A stretch of 64,000 nt of DNA from Antechinus flavipes (Eukaryota): NCBI RefSeq assembly GCF_016432865.1, contig NC_067403.1, positions 261,578,001 through 261,642,000 on the forward strand, read 5' to 3'. The position numbers and the translations under genes are program-made. Positions 57,921 through 64,000 of this stretch are shown here, piece after piece. Under the pieces are notes generated by a model. It worked only from the letters and a program-made list of their open reading frames with translations. It did not search any database and was not told the DNA's origin. Numbering within the stretch: the first letter of the stretch is position 1; every line of letters begins with the position of its first letter.

Positions 57921-58706
57921 ACTGCCGAGACCCCACCAGCTGCACCAAGCGGCTCCTGCTGCTCCTCCCAAAGTCCTCCCTGATGCCCAGAAGGGCTGGG
58001 CTTTTCCATTGGGCCCACAGCAAGCTGCTGGTATGTTGGGGCTGCGACCCAGCTACCCCCTTTGCTCCGTGTTGCCTGTTTCCTCCAGCCTTAATCAGGT
58101 GCTTCTGGGAGGCTCCAAAGAGGAACAGAATGCATTTAAATATATGAAGTTCCTTGTTTATATCTGATAGATGGGTATATAAAAGTGCTTATAAGATATT
58201 CTTATTTAAGTACATGGTACTTATCTCACGGTAATCATGAGAAATAAATACAATGATAATAAAATGTATTTCTGCCATGTCTAACATAGGCTGCTTGCCA
58301 TCTAGGGGAGGACATGGGGGAGGGGTGAGATTGGAACACAGGGTTTTGCTAATATTAAAGAATTGTCCATGTTTTTGTTTTGGAAAATAAAAACCTTTAA
58401 TTTAAAAAAAAATCAAGTCACTTTGTGTTCCCTGCCCTCTGTGCACGCTCTCTGGCCTCCCTCCCTGTCCCTTCTGCTTGCTCTCTTTATTTCCGTACCA
58501 GCCGCTCGCCGAGCCCAGCAGTCCCGACGTCGCCTTGGAATCGGTGACATTCCCACCACAGCCTCCCACTCACCACCAGGGTGAGAGCGGCCCGGCCGGC
58601 CCCGGGTGCAGGTGCTGAGCAGGGCCGCTGTTCTCCCCATTCAGAGACTGGGGGTGAAGTGGAAAAGCTCCCAGATGGGACCGTGAGGAACATGACCTTG
58701 AAACTC

Positions 58707-61700
58707 TGTAGTTAGAAGTTTGTTAGTATCTCTTCACTCCCTAATTCAGATGGTATCTTTAACACCTCCAGATGCTCTGCCCTAAAAAACCTAAGACCTC
58801 GACAACTTGATAAACATGAAGAAATACTGTGTTATTGCCCTCTGGGAATGGCCCCCTGAGTGTGATAACCTTTGCTCTGTCTAGAACAGCAATTCCTTTT
58901 ATTATGACAAATGTAACAAGAAACATTTTGCTGTCTCCCTCTTCTTTCTATGAATAGATGGCCCCGAGACCCCCCTTGCTGACCCCTCCAATGTTGGTGT
59001 TAGGGCTCAGTCGCTAGCTAGCAATAAACTCTTAAATTTTCATTATTTTGCTGCCCTGTTTTCTCTCTGTGGGCACTTCGTTTGGAGGCTCCCCAGCGAG
59101 ATAGCCTTTGGCTCTGTTCTGACAGCCAGTCCCTTTCCCTGGAGGACGACAGGGGGTTACCGGCTCTAGAGGGTGGCCAACGAGACATTCCTCGGCCTTG
59201 GACCTCGGTAACCCACCTTTGTGGACAGGAGAGGAGACATAAACTTGACTCAATTGCCTTCGAGCGCTCCGGGAACAGGCTTATTTCTGGGTGAGTCCTC
59301 AGGGATAGTAGGGCTGGCCACAGCAATAGTAACGCCTACTGGCCTCCATAGGACGCTGTCGAAGGTTGTCTGTCTGTTGTGTTCCAGAATTGTTTGTTTA
59401 CTGTCTCTTTGTGTTTAAGTATACTTGTGTCTATCTGATTCTGAGTGCCCGTGGCACAGCTCTGGTTCCAAGGGCCTCTGGGCACTATCTGGTTCCCTGG
59501 GCAGTCTCTGTGAAGGCAGAGAAATGCACCAAACTGGGGCTTGGAAGCCTAAAGCTCCGTTTGGATTCTGGGAGGGAAGATTCTCAAGCTGCAACAACTT
59601 CCCTCAGGGCTATTCTAAGGCTTCTGAATAGCCCCTAGCCTGTATATGCTCAATGTTTTGTTTAATGTTGTCATTGTGCCCCATGTCTCTGATTTTTGTT
59701 CTGTGTTTGTGACTTGTCTGTTGTGTTGATTTAAAGAGCTCTGTTAAGTTTTAAGAACGATGGTTAAGAACTTTGGCAATTGGTTATTTCCATATTGCAA
59801 GTATGCTTGGTATAAAATTTTTTTGCGTGATTTTAAACTTTTAACCTGTTGTACTAATTTATAAGTAAAAGAACAGAAAACTTCACTATTTTAAACTGGT
59901 GGGGAAATGTTTGCCTGAAAAGCAGGTTTTCAGAGCCTGCCAGAGAGGAGTAACAGCGACAAAACTTTATCTGCTTAATGCCACCTGGGAAAAAGAAGTT
60001 TCTGCTAGTGGCCTTGAAACACTCGGGCAGAAGGAAGAAAAACTTAAAAAAAAACTATTTGGTTTGCTTCTGAAACATTGGGTAATTTGTTAAAGTTATG
60101 GGTTATGTTTGCTGGACATGAGGGTTTTGTAGAGTTATAAGCTATTTACTGTATTGTGAATCTTAAAACTTCTGAGGGGAAAAGGAAAGGAGAATGAAGG
60201 TGATTTATGAAAGATTGATTTGTGGGAGCAGTTGTAGGTTTGAAGGGTTTTAGGAGTGAGAACGAGAAGAGGTGGGGAAAGAGAAACAGGAGAGGATCTT
60301 TTGTCTTCAAAGGTAAAGATTCAACTCACTGCCCCCCCCCCTTACCCCCTTCCTCTTTCCCAGCCACTGCTTCTGCTACTTTAGCAATGGGGCATCTCGT
60401 AGAAGGGTTTTTTTAAATGTTTAAAGAATGTAGCTGAGGGAAAGAGAAGAGTTAAGTAGGAAGAAAAAAAGGAGGGTTTTAATGGAAGGATTTCTGTGTG
60501 GGGAAGCTTGAGTGGGAACAGGAGGGAATCTTTTGTTCAGATTTAGCTCACCTTCCTTTCCCCCTCTTCCCCCCTCTTCCCCCGCCCCAGCCCACTAAGT
60601 GTGTTCCAGTCTTTTTTATCAAGTTGAAGCCATCTGACAGGAGTAACTGTGATTTTAATGAGACAGCCTACATTTGTTTTTGTTTTTGTTTTTTTTTTGA
60701 AAACATAATGATTTCCTTGGTTAAGGAATATAGTCATAAATGTGATCTATAATTTGGTAAAGTTTTTTTTGTTAAATTATTTAATTTATTTTAATTAATT
60801 TAAATTTTATTTATTTAATATTAAATTTTATTTAATTTGTTTTTTTCCCCATTTAGTCCATTACCTATCAGGGGGATTTTCTTTTTCTTTTTTTTTTTTA
60901 ATAGCTTTTTATTTACAAGTTATATGCAAAGGTAATTTTACAGCATTGACAATTGCCAAATCTCTTGTTCTAATTTTTCCCCTCCTTCTCCCGACCCCCT
61001 CCCCCCATGGCAGGTTGACCAATGCATGTTAAATATGTTAAAATAGAAATTAAATACAATATATGTTTACATGTCCAAACAGTTATTTTACTGTACAAAA
61101 AGAATCAGACTTTGAAATAGTGTACCATTAGCCTGTGAAGGAAATCAAAAATTCAGGCAGACAAGGTAAAGTTATTTTTCAAAGTTTAATTGATGTTTTA
61201 AAGAATCTTTCAGATTCTTTTACGGGGTACTTTTACGGGGTACTTTTACGGGGATATTATGTATAAGTTTTAATTGATTGTATGCCCATCATTTAAAGGA
61301 CTTCTGAAAATAATAGAAACCCTACTGTGATATGTATAGGAATTCACTCTTGGGATTTATATAGGGGATGGTTATTTGACAACTCATTTGCTTGAGAGAA
61401 AAAGGGAGGGAAGAAGAGATAGGAAGTTGGGGAAACTGGTGGATTTTTCTCAAAAATACCTGGAAGAACGGGAACCCCAAGTTTCCTGTCCACTTTGCCC
61501 TAGGCACTTCTGCCCCATCCCCTATCTCACTAGTTCATGTCGAATTGGAAGTCCTTTAAGAAGTCCTTTTTCCTTTTTACTCCTTGCTTAAACCTACTGG
61601 GGTGTGACTGCTGGTTCTGCTTTAACTTTGGAACCCCTTACTCTGTCGGAGTTGCCCTGGCAGACTCCGCGTTTGGCACTTTTGTTTTTGAAACAACCAG

Positions 61701-63500
61701 AAATCAGACACCTTGGCACTTGGCAGTCTCCAGCCCTGAAACCCCAGGTTCTTAACTGGTATCTCAGGACTTCTCACCGTTTCAGGCCTCTGAAGTCTGG
61801 AGTTTGTCTGCCCTGATGGTGTAACTGCAGACTCTCATAGCTCTGCTCGGGAACCTGTGGCAGCCCTGCCTGTTGCTCTGGGCCCGGTGGAGCTACTCCA
61901 GGACCCACCCGGAGCGAGTCGGCCCTTGGAAGGGCGGCACAACAGGCTCGAGCTCTGCTGCTCTGTAAGTGCTGAGTTAAGGACCTGCAGACCACCTAAT
62001 GCAGCAAACTGTCCGTCTCAAACTAGATTCTCTGGCTGAGATGGTGCCCCACCTGTCACGCTGCAACAGGGAGCCTTTGGGGCTGTCAGGGGGAGACATG
62101 CCCTTTGCCTGCATTTTTCCACTTCTAGTTTGGTTTATTGCCTCAAATAGTGATGGTCAACATTATGGTTCTGGGACTTCCAGGTATCTAGAGGAAGGTA
62201 ATTCAATGATTTGCACTGTTGTGCCACAGTTCCCTAAAGGGCCCTGCCTCAGTTTCCATGAATTGTTCTGCCTCAGTTCCCCTGTTTGCAAGCTCCCCAC
62301 TCCTGTTCATCAGGACTGATATAACTTAGGGCTAGTTGCTTGTACATGTGCCAACTCCAGATAAGGGGGATTCAATGAAACCTATGGGCGGCCGACCCTC
62401 CTACGGGCCTCAAATCCCCCTGGCCCGGTGGATGGCAGGGCTGGCAGTGCCCTGCAGAAGGACGTGTGATCTCCCAAAAGCCTTGAGCTACAGGTTGTTT
62501 CAGAACCACCCTCTCTGACTCACTTAGGGAGGAGTCGCTTTCCTGTTTCTTTTTCTCACCTGGGATGGAATCCCTCACTGAGACTGCTGCCCCCCGATGC
62601 CTGACCTGTGCCAAGATGACCCCCCCACTGTGCCTGCTCTGCACCCCCGGGGACCCACACCCGGCGAACACTGCACACGGAAACACGGTTTCAAGGATAT
62701 CGTTTTCTCTTCCTTTTTGCTGACACCTTCTCGGGTTGGCCCAAAGCCTTTCCTGTAAAATCCGAATTCGCTTTGGTAGTAGCCAGGAACCTTGTGACTG
62801 GGATCATCCCCCGGTTGGGACTCCCTTTCTCCTCGGGTCTGACAAAGGCCCGGCTTTTGTTTCTGAGGTTGTTCAGTCCCTGGACCAGCCCTCACCAGGT
62901 CATCCTCTCCGATCCCTCAGCAGTGACGGTGGCCCACCGCAAGGCTCGGATCCATTGTTCACATGGGAGGCCTTGCCCTGCTCCTATCTGTCTGCAGGAC
63001 GCCGCAGGAAGAGGTGTTTTCCTGTCTCATCCCCTTTTATGGCCTAACCCTCCCTCTTGCTTCCTCCACCCTGCCCCCTGACCTGTTGGGGAGGCTATTC
63101 CCCCATAGATATGTGTGGACCCTAATGAGAACTGCTGGGGGGAGGGGGGAGGCCAGAATGAGACTTAGGGTCAGCCGTGATTGTATCTGGGCCTCTGCCC
63201 GCTCTTGGGGAGGAAGAGATTTGGGAGTCCTGCCCACAACCCAGAGAAGGAGCCTCCCGAGGGAAAGCATCCCCATAGGCCCTAATGAGGTTATTAACCC
63301 CCCTCGTTTACCCCTGAGACCAGCCACAACCACTTCTCTGCCAACCCGAGGAGGGGGCCCCGTAGGGGGCCCCCCTGCAATCCTCCTGCTGGTCTTTTCT
63401 TACACAACAGCAGCATTCGCTCACACTCATATCCCATCACTCAGCCAGCCCTCCCCCAAAAGCCCTTCTCTCATTGGCTCCCATCCAACTCTAGATTAAG
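58707..63500 (+). mobile_element. Degraded gammaretrovirus-like (ERV1) provirus: 5' LTR about 58707-59080, PBS, leader, gag and pol remnants
   Basis: The LTR starts TGTAG and has AATAAA at 59023. PBS TGGAGGCTCCCCAGCGAGAT (59083-59102) resembles the tRNA-Thr PBS. An integrase relic LVVARNLVTGIIPRLGLPFSSGSDKGPAFVSEVVQSL (frameshifted) lies at about 62765-62890. No 3' LTR is seen in the window. Confidence 0.72.
60885..61165 (-). mobile_element. L1 3' end inserted in the ERV
   Basis: Near-copy of 33110-33380 (tttttatttacaag.tatatgca...ggcaggttgaccaat.catgttaaata). Confidence 0.85.
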
Positions 63501-64000
63501 GCACCCCCGTTACTTCTCAGTTCCCGTTCACTTGAAGCACCGGAGACCCCGGAATCCCGCTCGGGACCAGGCTTCGCCAGCTCTGCGTTCTGGAACCCCG
63601 CGCTCCCGGATCTCATGGGCTCGTGCCTCACTAAGCCCAGCCCAGGGTCACGGGATCTTCCTTGTAAACACACGCTGCAGAATGAAGGCGGCCAAAGCTG
63701 CGCAGACGCTCTCTGGTGTGGGACAATCTCAGCTGGGCCCTCGCCGCCACCAGGCAATCCTCCTCCCCCCCCCCCATCCCTCCCTCTCCCAGTCTCCACA
63801 ATCCTGAACCTTTCCATTCCTCTTCAGATGCTGAGGTTGGGGAAAGGGACCCTAAGTCTGGGGCCACACACAGGTGTTGCAGGCTTGAAGCCATCTCCTG
63901 GTTAAGGGCAAACTTCATTGAAACTGTGACTCCATTACAAAAGGGAGCTGAGTTTCTAAAAGAAACGACCAGGGAACAGACGCAAGGAGACAGGGAGTGG

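Overview
This is a GC-rich mammalian genomic window, most likely from an Australian marsupial (WSINE1-like SINEs and marsupial-type L1 3' ends; inference). There is one 128-N assembly gap at 20567-20694. Gene order: the last two coding exons of OSBPL5 (+); a nearly intronless ZNF511 (-); three multi-exon paralogues (A and B on -, C on +) encoding a GIN/Ginger1-type Gypsy-like integrase with an intact HHCC zinc finger, a catalytically degenerate core, an acidic linker and a C-terminal C4HC3 PHD finger; a TNFRSF22/23/26-like receptor (+); and a decayed ERV1 provirus. OSBPL5 followed by a Tnfrsf26-like gene matches the distal edge of the eutherian Kcnq1/Cdkn1c imprinted region. The main candidate for an undescribed system is the cluster of three domesticated integrase-PHD genes. 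All exon models were built by hand from GT/AG sites with consistent reading phase, and no database search was run.
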